Assembly (NCBI GenBank): GCA_963664115.2
Contig: CAXWPJ010000002.1
Location: forward strand, 416,001-480,000
Length of the DNA: 64,000 nucleotides
Direction of reading: 5' to 3'
DNA from: Terriglobia bacterium
Lineage (GTDB): Bacteria > Acidobacteriota > Terriglobia > 20CM-2-55-15
In this document: positions 39,326-49,609 of the stretch, piece by piece
How the letters are laid out: each line of letters opens with the position of its first letter
How positions within the stretch are numbered: position 1 is the stretch's first letter
Notes under the pieces: model-generated
The model's input: only the letters and a program-made list of their open reading frames with translations
The model's database searches: none
What the model was told of the DNA's origin: nothing
Position numbers and translations under genes: made by a program

Positions 39326-40603
39326 GTGACCGCACTGGCCATCCGGGTTGAAAAACTCAGCAAACGATATCGGCTGGGTCAGATTCAGAAATACAAGACG
39401 CTACGAGATACGCTGATGGATCATCTGTACGCGCCCGCTCGCGCCGTTTCGTCTCTAGCCTTCGGGCGCAAGAAAAGCCCTCGGGCCAAGGACCACGTCA
39501 TCTGGGCCCTGAAAGATGTTTCTTTCCAGGTAGAACAAGGAGATGTCGTCGGCGTCATCGGACACAACGGAGCTGGGAAGAGCACGCTTCTGAAGATCCT
39601 GACCCGAATCACCGAACCCACATCCGGCGTCGTACAGGGGCGAGGGCGGGTGGGCTCCCTGCTCGAAGTCGGTACCGGCTTTCATCCGGAATTGACGGGA
39701 CGGGAAAATATTGCCCTCAATGGCGCCATTTTGGGCATGGGACATCGTGAAGTTGCCCGGAAATTCGATAGGATCGTCGAGTTCGCTGAAATTGAGCGTT
39801 TTATCGACACGCCAGTCAAGCATTACTCAAGCGGAATGTATGTCCGGCTGGGTTTCGCCGTCGCCGCGCATCTTGAACCGGAAATTCTTCTGGTCGACGA
39901 AGTTCTAGCGGTCGGAGACGCCGCGTTCCAGAGAAAGTGTCTCGGCAAGATGGAGGACATCGCCCACCAAGGCCGCACCGTACTCTTCGTCAGTCACGCA
40001 ATGTCAACGATTCAAAACTTGTGCTCGCGCGCCATCCTGCTTGAAAACGGAACGATTGCTGCCGAAGGGCTGCCCCAGGCGGTAATCACTAATTATATGG
40101 AGATGGTTCAAAACGATACCGTCCTCTCCCTCGACAACCGCACAGACCGCGAGGGATCGGGAACGCTGCGTTTCACCAAACTTTACGCAGTATCGGAATC
40201 CCGCGGAGTTTCCGATACGGTATGCACGGGTGAGGACGTGACTGTCGTGGCCGAATACGAATCTTCCGGAGCGCCGCTGAAAAACGTCTCCATCTCAATC
40301 CCTTTTTATGACCATACGGGCCGGCACATGTTCATGTGCTGGACAAGGCTGACGGGCCAGGATTGGGACAATATCGCTTCCGAGGGTGAATTCCGAGTAC
40401 GGATCGATAATTTTCCTCTGATGCCTGGAAGATACACGCTGAACGTATGGTCTGAGGTGAACGGGAATCTGGCAGATTGGATCCGTAATGCAACCACCCT
40501 AAACGTGGTGGATGGCGATTTCTTCGGGACAGGTTATCTGCCTCCGAGCACCCACGCCGGCATGGCAGTGAACCACAGGTGGGACTACGAATCCAGAAGT
40601 TGA
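39326..40603 (+). CDS. ABC polysaccharide exporter ATPase (Wzt) with C-terminal carbohydrate-binding domain
   Basis: GHNGAGKST, YSSGM, DEVLAVGD, VSH; C-terminal extension. Confidence 0.93.
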   Translation: MTALAIRVEKLSKRYRLGQIQKYKTLRDTLMDHLYAPARAVSSLAFGRKKSPRAKDHVIWALKDVSFQVEQGDVVGVIGHNGAGKSTLLKILTRITEPTSGVVQGRGRVGSLLEVGTGFHPELTGRENIALNGAILGMGHREVARKFDRIVEFAEIERFIDTPVKHYSSGMYVRLGFAVAAHLEPEILLVDEVLAVGDAAFQRKCLGKMEDIAHQGRTVLFVSHAMSTIQNLCSRAILLENGTIAAEGLPQAVITNYMEMVQNDTVLSLDNRTDREGSGTLRFTKLYAVSESRGVSDTVCTGEDVTVVAEYESSGAPLKNVSISIPFYDHTGRHMFMCWTRLTGQDWDNIASEGEFRVRIDNFPLMPGRYTLNVWSEVNGNLADWIRNATTLNVVDGDFFGTGYLPPSTHAGMAVNHRWDYESRS

Positions 40604-40930
40604 GCGGTGGATTGTGGAGATTAGTGACACCTATTGCGCCACACATTCCCTTGCACGTTGTACTCAAAAGTTTCCGTCGCAAATGGGCGGGCGAAACCGG
40701 CCGCTTCGAGTACCAAGGGAGGTACTTAGAAGTTGTTATTCGCCGCGGCAGTTGATAAGAATCTGCAGTTCGATCACACCAACCATCGTACTTAAGGTTC
40801 GGTTTCATCCCACCATTGAGTCGGCCTTCTACGAGAAGCAGGCCATATGCAACACGATGTTGCTTTGGAATGGCGGCTTCAAGGTCGCAGCCTTTCTTTC
40901 GAACGGCTCGATGAGAACTGCGGAGTTTGG

Positions 40931-42109
40931 ATGCGCTTCCTGATTCTCAATTCGGACTATACGGATTTCCTGAATTGGCACTACGCCCGCGACCCCGAGT
41001 TGGAAGGCGCAACCTACGACCAGCAACTGTCGGCTCGCTATGCGACTTTTTTCGGCGTCAGCGACTTTTATTCCCGCAACCTGCGCACGCTCGGCCACGA
41101 TGCCGCCAACATTTTTGTCAACAACCCCGCACTCCAAAAAGCTTGGGCGCGAAAGGAAGGCCTGAATGATGATGTTGACAGACCTAGGTCCTGGGTCGAC
41201 GCTCTGGACAGGTTTCGGCAGGCAGCCGCCCGTACACCTCTCAGGCGGCTTAGACCCCTATTTCGCTCAGTCATCAACGCGCTCGAAGATCGGATGCCAC
41301 CCTGGCAACGCGATATCCTGCTAGCCCAGGTCGAAGATTTCAAGCCTGACATTATCTTGAATCAAACGATGCGTGTGATCCCACCGGATGTGATCTCGGC
41401 CCTCCGGGGGGATAACCGTCTCATGGTCGGGCAGATCGCCTCTCCTATTCCCGAGAAATTTGATTGCCGCGGCTACGACCTTGTGATTTCATCGCTCCCA
41501 AACTTCGTGGAGCGTTTCAGGAAGGCGGGGATCCCGGCGAGGCTTCATCGTTTCGGGTTCGACCCGATGATTCTGGAGAAGCTCGGTCCCGGCGACGCCG
41601 CCCGTGGAGCGTCCTTCGTGGGGAATTTGTACGGTGGACACAGGGATCGAATTCGCCTGATGACTTCCCTGTCGGATAAAATAGGTCTTCAGTGGTGGGG
41701 TCCCGGAGTCGACAGCCTGCCACCCAATTCACCACTGCGGTTTCAGCACCGAGGAATCGCGTGGGGCTTGGACATGTACCGGGTTATTAGAGATTCGGCA
41801 CTGGCGCTGAACCATCACATCGACGTCGCGGGCCCCTGGGCCAACAACATGCGACTGTTCGAAACGACCGGAGTCGGCACGCTCCTGTTGACCGATTGGA
41901 AGGAAAATCTCGCGGAAATGTTCGAACCGGGTATTGAAGTAGTGACCTACAAGAGTGTCGACGGATGCCGGAGGCTCGTCGAGTACTATCTCAACCATGA
42001 CGAGGAACGCACCGCCATCGCTAAGGCGGGTCAGCAACGAACTCTCCGCGATCACAATTACCGGCAACGCATGAGAGAACTGATCACCATCGTCGAAGAT
42101 TACATTTAG
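40931..42109 (+). CDS. Glycosyltransferase, CgeB/YkvP-like GT-B
   Basis: SFVG, NMRLFE.TG.G.LLLTD, IAKAGQQRTLRDHNY..R. Confidence 0.85.
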   Translation: MRFLILNSDYTDFLNWHYARDPELEGATYDQQLSARYATFFGVSDFYSRNLRTLGHDAANIFVNNPALQKAWARKEGLNDDVDRPRSWVDALDRFRQAAARTPLRRLRPLFRSVINALEDRMPPWQRDILLAQVEDFKPDIILNQTMRVIPPDVISALRGDNRLMVGQIASPIPEKFDCRGYDLVISSLPNFVERFRKAGIPARLHRFGFDPMILEKLGPGDAARGASFVGNLYGGHRDRIRLMTSLSDKIGLQWWGPGVDSLPPNSPLRFQHRGIAWGLDMYRVIRDSALALNHHIDVAGPWANNMRLFETTGVGTLLLTDWKENLAEMFEPGIEVVTYKSVDGCRRLVEYYLNHDEERTAIAKAGQQRTLRDHNYRQRMRELITIVEDYI

Positions 42110-42308
42110 GAACCTGGTCCGGACCGCGTCTCCCGGTCGATCCCCGACACAAATTGTCGAATTGAGGTGGTCGTCCGCCACCCGGTGTCCGACCTCTGGA
42201 GGGTTCGCTCGCATTTAAAGCGGGACTTCGGTCGGACGAGGCCGGAAATCCATTATTGGGGCTTCTCCACCACAACGACTTCTGCTTCACACAGGCGGTT
42301 CATCGAAA

Positions 42309-43073
42309 GTGTGGCTTCGAGAGCAAATGCGTAATTTGATTAAGCGAGTAGCACGAAGGATTTACTCCGGTAGCACCTCGGCCGACTACCGGATCCTCCA
42401 GGGGCCGCCTTCCGCAGGCGACATGCACGGCTGGAGGGACGACGAAGTGGCGCGGCGACAACAGGAAGCTTTCGCACCACTGTTGCTGGAAATGCGGTCG
42501 AAGAAGCTGAGAGAAGACTTCGCAGCGCTCGCCGAGGCGATCCGGCTCACTGGGATCGCAGATCCCCACACCCTCGAAGTCGGGTGCGGCGGCGGCTGGA
42601 ACTTGGAGGTTCTCGAATATGTTCTGCGGCGGCCCGTGCGGTATATCGGTGTGGATTATTCGATCGCGATGATCCACTCGGCCCAGCAGAGCTATCCCCA
42701 GCGACCCTTCGTCGCCGCTGACGCCTATGCCCTTCCGTTTGCGGACGGCAGTTTTGATGTGGTCGTTTCAGGTACCGTCCTAATTCACCTTCCGGACTAC
42801 GAAAGGTCGATACGAGAATGCAGACGCGTGTCCAGCTCATGTTGTGTCTTCCATACCGTGACTGTCGCTGCCACGCACCCCACGACATTTTTGTCCAAAA
42901 GGGCATACGGCAGACCTGTCGCCGAAGTCGTGTTTAATGAGGCACATCTCCTGGAATGTTTGGAACGTTGCGGACTGCGCGTCCGGCACGCTTTACCGAG
43001 TATCGAGTATGATTTGCGCGAGGTCATCGGCGAAAGGACAACAACGCGAACTTACGTGTGTGATCTCCAATGA
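42309..43073 (+). CDS. Class I SAM-dependent methyltransferase
   Basis: LEVGCGGG, GVDYS, LPFADGSFDVV. Confidence 0.88.
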   Translation: MWLREQMRNLIKRVARRIYSGSTSADYRILQGPPSAGDMHGWRDDEVARRQQEAFAPLLLEMRSKKLREDFAALAEAIRLTGIADPHTLEVGCGGGWNLEVLEYVLRRPVRYIGVDYSIAMIHSAQQSYPQRPFVAADAYALPFADGSFDVVVSGTVLIHLPDYERSIRECRRVSSSCCVFHTVTVAATHPTTFLSKRAYGRPVAEVVFNEAHLLECLERCGLRVRHALPSIEYDLREVIGERTTTRTYVCDLQ

Positions 43074-43900
43074 AGTTGTATCTCAACCTGGGCTGCGGCC
43101 ATCGATGTCATCCCGCATGGACCAACATCGACATCGTGCCACGTCGGCCGGGAGTCATTCAGCACGACTTGAGCCGCGGGATTCCCTTCGCGGACGCATA
43201 TTGTGACGTCGTCTATCACTCTGCCGCTCTCGAACACATGAGACGGGCAGATGCGAAAGCGTTTCTTCGAGAGTGTTGCCGCGTCTTGAAGCCTGGAGGG
43301 ATTATTCGAGTTGCTGTGCCTGACCTGGAAAGAATCTGCCGCTTGTATCTCAAGAAACTGGAGGCGGCTGCGAATGGTGATGTGGCAGCGGCCTGGGACT
43401 ACGAGTGGCTTCTGCTGGAACTCTATGATCAGTCCGTCCGGGAGCGGACCGGTGGTGACATGCTCGCGTACATGCGACAGCATCCGCTACCCAACGAAAC
43501 TTTTGTTCTCGAGCGCGTCGGTGAGGAGGGCCGCGAATTGATGCATTTCCTCGGCCAGAGCTCATCGGACAACGCGTTGCGCCGGGCCGGGCGATTGGGC
43601 AAGCGGTTCCTTGCAGGTGTCCAGCAGTGGATTGTCGCTTCCGTCGCCGGACCGAAAACAGCGCGTGCGCTGGAGATCGGGCGGTTCCGCCTGTCTGGGG
43701 AAGTACACCATTGGATGTACGACCGCTATTCCCTCGCGCAGACTCTGATTTCGGCGGGATACCACCAGCCCATACTTCAGACCGCGGTCAGCAGCCAGAT
43801 CCCGAACTGGCCCAGCTACAACCTGGACACTCTTCCGGATGGAACCGTTATCAAACCCGACTTACTCTACATGGAAGCGCGAAAGCCCGAAACCCGATGA
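43070..43900 (+). CDS. Methyltransferase-domain protein
   Basis: LNLGCG, LEH, RVLKPGG.IRVAVPD. Confidence 0.88.
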   Translation: MKLYLNLGCGHRCHPAWTNIDIVPRRPGVIQHDLSRGIPFADAYCDVVYHSAALEHMRRADAKAFLRECCRVLKPGGIIRVAVPDLERICRLYLKKLEAAANGDVAAAWDYEWLLLELYDQSVRERTGGDMLAYMRQHPLPNETFVLERVGEEGRELMHFLGQSSSDNALRRAGRLGKRFLAGVQQWIVASVAGPKTARALEIGRFRLSGEVHHWMYDRYSLAQTLISAGYHQPILQTAVSSQIPNWPSYNLDTLPDGTVIKPDLLYMEARKPETR

Positions 43901-44016
43901 GTGCCGACAGTAGCCATGCCTCAGAATAATAATCCCGTGGCTCGGTCAGCCTCAGTTCGAAACGATCCAACAATCAGTCAAGGCACCACGGCACTGAAGC
44001 TCGATCTGTAGAAATT

Positions 44017-45000
44017 ATGAACGACGCATTCAGCAAGAAACGGGTCATCATCACAGGAGGACTTGGTTTTATCGGCTCCGCGCTGGCGAGAAGGCTCGTC
44101 GAACTCGGCGCGGACGTAGCAGTTGTAGATAGCCTGGTCCCGGAATACGGCGGCAATCGCTTCAACGTTTCCGGGCTCGAAGATGCATTGCGCGTCAACA
44201 TCTCTGACGTACGGGACGAGCACAGCATGAGTCACTTGATTCAAAGGCAGGATTACCTGTTCAATCTTGCGGGCCAGACTAGCCACCTGGACTCGATGCG
44301 CGACCCCTATACCGACCTGGATATCAATTGCCGCGCCCAGCTGTCAATCCTTGAGGCCTGCCGAAAGCACAATCCCGGGATCAAGATTGTATTCGCCAGC
44401 ACCCGCCAGTTTTATGGACGCCCAGACTATTTGCCAGTAGATGAACGCCATCTGCTGCGGCCAGTCGACGTGAACGGCGTCAACAAGATGGCCGGCGAGT
44501 GGTTCCATATCCTTTACAACAACGTCTACGGCATTCGCTCGTGCGCGTTGCGTCTCACCAACACGATCGGTCCCAGGATGAGAATAAAGGACGCGCGCCA
44601 AACATTTCTGGGTGTTTGGGTGCGCCTTTTGCTAGAAGGAAAACCGTTTGAAGTCTGGGGTGGCGAGCAGCTTCGCGATTTCACTTTCGTCGACGACGCG
44701 GTGGACGCGTTTCTTATGGCGGCAGCGAGCGAGCAATCGAACGGCGAGGTTTTCAATCTCGGTGGCGACCGGTTCGTCAGCCTCAAGCAATTAGCCAACT
44801 TACTAGTCGAAGTTAATGAGGGTGGCCACTTCACGGTTCGCCCTTATCCGGCCGAACGGAAATCCATTGATATCGGGGATTACTACGCGGATTTTTCCCG
44901 CATACAATCTGTTCTCGGATGGAAGCCGCGCGTTCACCTGCCCGAAGCACTCAAACGAACGCTGGCCTTCTATCGCCAGCACCTGGACCAATATCTGTGA
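44017..45000 (+). CDS. NAD-dependent sugar epimerase/dehydratase
   Basis: ITGGLGFIGS, NLAGQTSH, LRLTNTIGP, RDFTFVDD. Confidence 0.9.
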   Translation: MNDAFSKKRVIITGGLGFIGSALARRLVELGADVAVVDSLVPEYGGNRFNVSGLEDALRVNISDVRDEHSMSHLIQRQDYLFNLAGQTSHLDSMRDPYTDLDINCRAQLSILEACRKHNPGIKIVFASTRQFYGRPDYLPVDERHLLRPVDVNGVNKMAGEWFHILYNNVYGIRSCALRLTNTIGPRMRIKDARQTFLGVWVRLLLEGKPFEVWGGEQLRDFTFVDDAVDAFLMAAASEQSNGEVFNLGGDRFVSLKQLANLLVEVNEGGHFTVRPYPAERKSIDIGDYYADFSRIQSVLGWKPRVHLPEALKRTLAFYRQHLDQYL

Positions 45001-46133
45001 GTCCACAACGCCCCTCCAATCAACCGGCCGTTCCGCTCGCTGACCCGAAGCGCGGCTACCGGGTATTGAAACAAGAAATCGACGACGCGGTCCGCAAGGT
45101 GCTTGACAGTGGAAGTTACATCCTAGGTGAGGAGGTATCGGCGTTCGAGCGTGAGTTCGCAACATATATTGGTGTGCAGCGTGCCATCGGCGTGGGCAGC
45201 GGCACCGACGCCTTGCATTTGGCTCTTAGAACTAGCGATATCGGGCCGGGTGATGCCGTCATTACAGCGTCCCATACCGCTGTCGCCACAGTGGCTGCCA
45301 TCGAACTCACCGGCGCCACACCAATCCTGGTCGATATCGATCCAGATACATTCACGATGGATCCATCACGACTGAAACTAGCGATCGCCGCGCACTCGAA
45401 CGTCCGGGCTGTCATCCCTGTCCATTTGTATGGACACCCGGCCGATATGCCGGCGATCATGAGTGTGGCCGGCGACCGCAGCCTGATCGTGATCGAAGAC
45501 TGCGCCCAAGCGCACGGAGCGTCGATAGGCGGCCGCAAGACCGGAAGCTGGGGACATATGGCCGCCTTCAGCTTCTATCCCACCAAGAACATCGGCGCTC
45601 TGGGTGACGGAGGCGCGCTGGTGACGAACGACGACGCGCTTGCTGAACGTGCCGAACTTCTCCGCCAGTACGGCTGGCACACCCGATATGTCAGTGATAT
45701 CGCCGGTTTGAACTCCCGGCTTGACGAAATTCAGGCTGCTATTCTGAGAATCAAACTCCGGAATCTCGACCGAGAGAACTCGAAGCGACAAGAGCTTGCG
45801 TCCATTTATGACGCCGCGTTTTCATCACGCAATCTGTGTATACCCATTGTCAGGCCGGATGTCAGACACGCATATCATCAGTACACGCTTCAGCTTCCGG
45901 AGCGCGACCAGTGCCGGGACCGTCTCGAGGTGAACGGAATCCAAACCGCGATCCTCTATCCGAAACCCGTGCATCTTCAGCCAGCCTACCGCGACCGCTT
46001 GCAGTCCGGCCCCGGGTTGCTGAGACATTCCGAGCGTATCTGCACCGAAATACTCTCGATTCCAATGCACCCATATCTGACTGAAAACGAAATCGTACGC
46101 GTGGTCAACGCTGTCATCTCAGCAACACAATGA
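44997..46133 (+). CDS. DegT-family sugar aminotransferase (second)
   Basis: GTGA overlap; SGTDAL, VHLYG, EDCAQAHG, SFYPTKNIGALGDGG, NSRLDEIQAA. Confidence 0.92.
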   Translation: MSPQRPSNQPAVPLADPKRGYRVLKQEIDDAVRKVLDSGSYILGEEVSAFEREFATYIGVQRAIGVGSGTDALHLALRTSDIGPGDAVITASHTAVATVAAIELTGATPILVDIDPDTFTMDPSRLKLAIAAHSNVRAVIPVHLYGHPADMPAIMSVAGDRSLIVIEDCAQAHGASIGGRKTGSWGHMAAFSFYPTKNIGALGDGGALVTNDDALAERAELLRQYGWHTRYVSDIAGLNSRLDEIQAAILRIKLRNLDRENSKRQELASIYDAAFSSRNLCIPIVRPDVRHAYHQYTLQLPERDQCRDRLEVNGIQTAILYPKPVHLQPAYRDRLQSGPGLLRHSERICTEILSIPMHPYLTENEIVRVVNAVISATQ

Positions 46134-47149
46134 GACGGGACTTCTGTACTTATTTCGATCATCGTTACTTGGCCCGCGGCTTGGCGATGTATCGATCATT
46201 GAAACGGAACTGTCCCTCAATTCGGTTGTGGGTCTTGTGCCTCAGCACGGATGCTCACCGCGCATTGACGGACCTTTCGCTACCAGACATCATCCCGATT
46301 CGGCTCGAAGACTTCGAACGTGGGGATCACGAACTCCTGCAGGCTAAATCAAACCGGAGCCTTGTGGAGTACTACTTTACATGTACGCCTTCCCTGCCGC
46401 TCTATGTGCTCCAAAACTCGCCCGACGTCGACTTGATCACGTACCTCGATTCCGACCTGTACTTCTTCAACAGCCCAGAGCCGATTTTTGATGAGTTGGG
46501 AAGTAATTCGATTGCAATCATCGCACACCGGTTCGCTCCCGATATACGCTGGATGGAGTGCACGGGCGCTTACAACGTCGGTTGGCTGAGCTTCCGCCGA
46601 GGTAATATAGGCACGGAATGCCTGACATGGTGGCGAAAACGGTGCCTGGAATGGTGCCGCGACTATGTTGAAGAAGATCGATATGCCGATCAGAAATATC
46701 TCGACCGGTTCCCGGAGCTCTTTTCGGGTGTCCGCGTCATCCAACACAAAGGCGCAAACCTCGCGGCCTGGAACCTGAAGCACTATCGACTGCACGAACG
46801 CAACGGAGCAGTCCACGTAGACGACGATCCGGTAATTTTCTACCACTTTCAGGGATTTCGGCGGATCGCACCCGGCGTCATTGATCCCGGGGTTCGCCAA
46901 TACGGGGTTCGGGTTTCACGATTGATGGAGTCGAAGCTGTTTCGCCCATACCTTCAGGCACTCCGCGAAGGTCAGCGGATGGTACCGTCGTTGAATAAAG
47001 CAACCGGTGCCATCCCCGGGCTGTACCGAAAACTGAGTCCCACCGAGAAAGGCCGTGACGAAATCAATTCAACTCGCCGAATGGTACAGACAGTCGCTGC
47101 ATATGTGCGCCTCTTCACCCGCCACACCCTACTTTCACCGGGCCGGTGA
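46130..47149 (+). CDS. Putative GT-A-fold glycosyltransferase
   Basis: FCTYFD..YL.RG, YLDSDLYF (DxD), YNVGW, DQKYLD, FYHF. Confidence 0.75.
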   Translation: MRRDFCTYFDHRYLARGLAMYRSLKRNCPSIRLWVLCLSTDAHRALTDLSLPDIIPIRLEDFERGDHELLQAKSNRSLVEYYFTCTPSLPLYVLQNSPDVDLITYLDSDLYFFNSPEPIFDELGSNSIAIIAHRFAPDIRWMECTGAYNVGWLSFRRGNIGTECLTWWRKRCLEWCRDYVEEDRYADQKYLDRFPELFSGVRVIQHKGANLAAWNLKHYRLHERNGAVHVDDDPVIFYHFQGFRRIAPGVIDPGVRQYGVRVSRLMESKLFRPYLQALREGQRMVPSLNKATGAIPGLYRKLSPTEKGRDEINSTRRMVQTVAAYVRLFTRHTLLSPGR

Positions 47150-47312
47150 AAATAGGTTTCTAAACGTCTGTCGCAATCTCAAAATTGTTATCCTGCGCAT
47201 CCGCTATTGAAAGGTTTACGCTGCATTTTTTGAGGCATTATCGGCTGACGCGCGGATCTATAGAATGATCGAATGTTTGAATCCTCATGCCCCCATTGTA
47301 TTCTGACCCTGA

Positions 47313-48479
47313 ATGTCATTGACTCAAAAGAGGGTTAAGGTTTTCCACCTGATCACGAAGCTCGAACTGGGCGGCGCGCAGAAGGTCACTCTGATGACTC
47401 TGGAACGGCTGCCGCGCGATCAGTACGCCCCGGCTCTGGTGACCGGACCCGAGGGCTTGCTTCGGGAAAACGCGGAGCGGATTCCCGACCTTATGCGCGT
47501 TTGGATTCCGAATCTTGTCCGCGAAGTGAGTCCGATCCGCGATTTGGGCGCGTTCATCCAGTTGTGGAAACTGTTCCGTCGCGAGCGTCCGGAAATTGTC
47601 CACACCCATAGCTCGAAGGCGGGCATCCTTGGACGGTGGGCCGCGTGGCTGGCGCGTGTCCCCATCATCTTCCATACGGCGCACGGATTCGGCTTCAATG
47701 ATTATCAGAACTGGATGGGGCGTACCTTTTATATCTGGCTTGAACGGATCACGCGACTTATCACGACCAAGCCCGTCGTAGTGTCGAAGGCCAATGCCGC
47801 ACGAGCCGAAGCGCTGGGGGTCATTCGACCGGGCGAATGGTTGCTTTGCCGCGACGCGATCGACATTGACACGTTCCTCGCTCCCGGACCCCGCCGCGAA
47901 CAACTCGCCACCTGGGGTGTACCTCCGGATCGGGTCGTCATAGGCATGGTCGCGTGCTTCAAGCCCCAGAAAGCGCCGGTCGACTTTATCGATATGGCTG
48001 CGCGCGTGCTCCGGGAGCGTGGGAACGTCCATTTTGTCATGGTGGGCGATGGCGAGCTGCGATCAGAAGTGGAAGCCCGAATCGTCAAGCACGGCATCGG
48101 CTCCAACATAACTTTGCTCGGATGGCAGACAGCAATGCCTGAAATCTACCGCAACCTGGACATTTTCGTCCTCACTTCGCTGTGGGAAGGCCAGCCATGC
48201 GTTTTCGCCGAAGCGATGGCCAGTGGGCTGCCCGTGGTGGCGACCGCCGCGGACGGCGCGCACGAAGCCGTGATCGACGGCCGGACCGGTTATTTGCATA
48301 AACCTCACGCCATAGAAGGCCTGGCCCGGTCGGTCCTGTGGCTTGCTGCCGACCCGGAGCTTCGGCGGACCATGGGCGAAGCCGGCCGCGAGCGCGTGAG
48401 AGAATTCGACATCGACGTGTCAGTATCGCAGCTGGAATCCAGCTATCGGGACTGCCTAGCCGAGTGGCGCAGACACTGA
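47313..48479 (+). CDS. Glycosyltransferase family 4
   Basis: LGGAQ, VHTHSSKAG, SLWEGQP...EAMASGLPVVAT. Confidence 0.92.
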   Translation: MSLTQKRVKVFHLITKLELGGAQKVTLMTLERLPRDQYAPALVTGPEGLLRENAERIPDLMRVWIPNLVREVSPIRDLGAFIQLWKLFRRERPEIVHTHSSKAGILGRWAAWLARVPIIFHTAHGFGFNDYQNWMGRTFYIWLERITRLITTKPVVVSKANAARAEALGVIRPGEWLLCRDAIDIDTFLAPGPRREQLATWGVPPDRVVIGMVACFKPQKAPVDFIDMAARVLRERGNVHFVMVGDGELRSEVEARIVKHGIGSNITLLGWQTAMPEIYRNLDIFVLTSLWEGQPCVFAEAMASGLPVVATAADGAHEAVIDGRTGYLHKPHAIEGLARSVLWLAADPELRRTMGEAGRERVREFDIDVSVSQLESSYRDCLAEWRRH

Positions 48480-48519
48480 TCGATTACGAGCCACCCGGCC
48501 TCGTACACAGTTCGAGGGA

Positions 48520-49476
48520 TTGCTCATGCGATCGCCAATTATAGTGAACCTACCGACCTCGGATCAGAAGTCGGGCTGGCCGTGGACTGCAGAAGGTTTC
48601 CGGCCTTCAGATGTGCGATCCGACGATTCGCCGTGGCCCTCAATCACTGTCGTGACACCTTCCTACAACCAAGCGGCATTCTTGGAAGAAACGATGCGCT
48701 CGGTGCTGCTCCAAGCGTACCCCAACCTTAAATATGTGGTCGTCGACGGCGGATCCACCGACGGCAGTATCGACATCATCAGGAAATACGAATCCAACCT
48801 GAGCCGATGGATCAGCGAGAACGATCAAGGCGCGGCTGACGCGATCAGAAAGGGGTTTTCAGGTTCAAACTCGGATATTCTCGGCTGGCTGAACGCGGAC
48901 GACCTGTATCTTCCGGACACCCTATTTAGAGTCGCAGCGGGATTCAAAGAAGGTGTCGACGTCGTCTACGGAAACACTTACTGGATCGATTCCACCGGGC
49001 GGCGGCTGGGTGAGAGAAGACAGACGCCGTTCATGAGCATGGGGTACCTGTATGGGGGGGCCGACCTCCAGCAGCCTGCGACGTTCTGGCGCAGAGCACT
49101 ATTCGAAGAGTGTGGCGGAATGGATCCGACCTTTTCTTTTGCTTTCGATACGGACTTGTTCTGCCGTTTCGCCGCACGGGGCGCGAGGTTCCAACAGATC
49201 CGATCATTCGTCGCGAGTTTCCGAATCCACGAAAAAGCAAAATCCGCGACCGAACAAAAACAATGCGCGATGGACCTCCGCAGGATTCGGAAATCGCATC
49301 TCAGTTATTCATTTAATTCGCTGCCCTCTATCTCGATTCGAGCAATCGCTCGAGCTCGTCGATTCTTATGGTATGTCTGGCAAGGTGATCTGTTCTGGCT
49401 TCTGGGCAGGATTCCCGACCGGATCCGGAGCCGGCATTCTCAAGAAATCGTCGGTCCAAAGTCGAAATCCCTGTAG
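48520..49476 (+). CDS. Glycosyltransferase family 2
   Basis: VVTPSYNQ, VVDGGSTDGS, WLNADD. Start may be ATG 48526. Confidence 0.92.
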   Translation: MLMRSPIIVNLPTSDQKSGWPWTAEGFRPSDVRSDDSPWPSITVVTPSYNQAAFLEETMRSVLLQAYPNLKYVVVDGGSTDGSIDIIRKYESNLSRWISENDQGAADAIRKGFSGSNSDILGWLNADDLYLPDTLFRVAAGFKEGVDVVYGNTYWIDSTGRRLGERRQTPFMSMGYLYGGADLQQPATFWRRALFEECGGMDPTFSFAFDTDLFCRFAARGARFQQIRSFVASFRIHEKAKSATEQKQCAMDLRRIRKSHLSYSFNSLPSISIRAIARARRFLWYVWQGDLFWLLGRIPDRIRSRHSQEIVGPKSKSL

Positions 49477-49609
49477 CGAAAAGAAGACTTATCGCTGATT
49501 TCAGGGTATGGCCTGAATATATAATCGGCAACAATAGTTTCGATCATAAGGAAGGACGCAGGCGTGGGAGCGGAATGACCTTGAGAGTTGATGATCGGCG
49601 GTCGATCAG

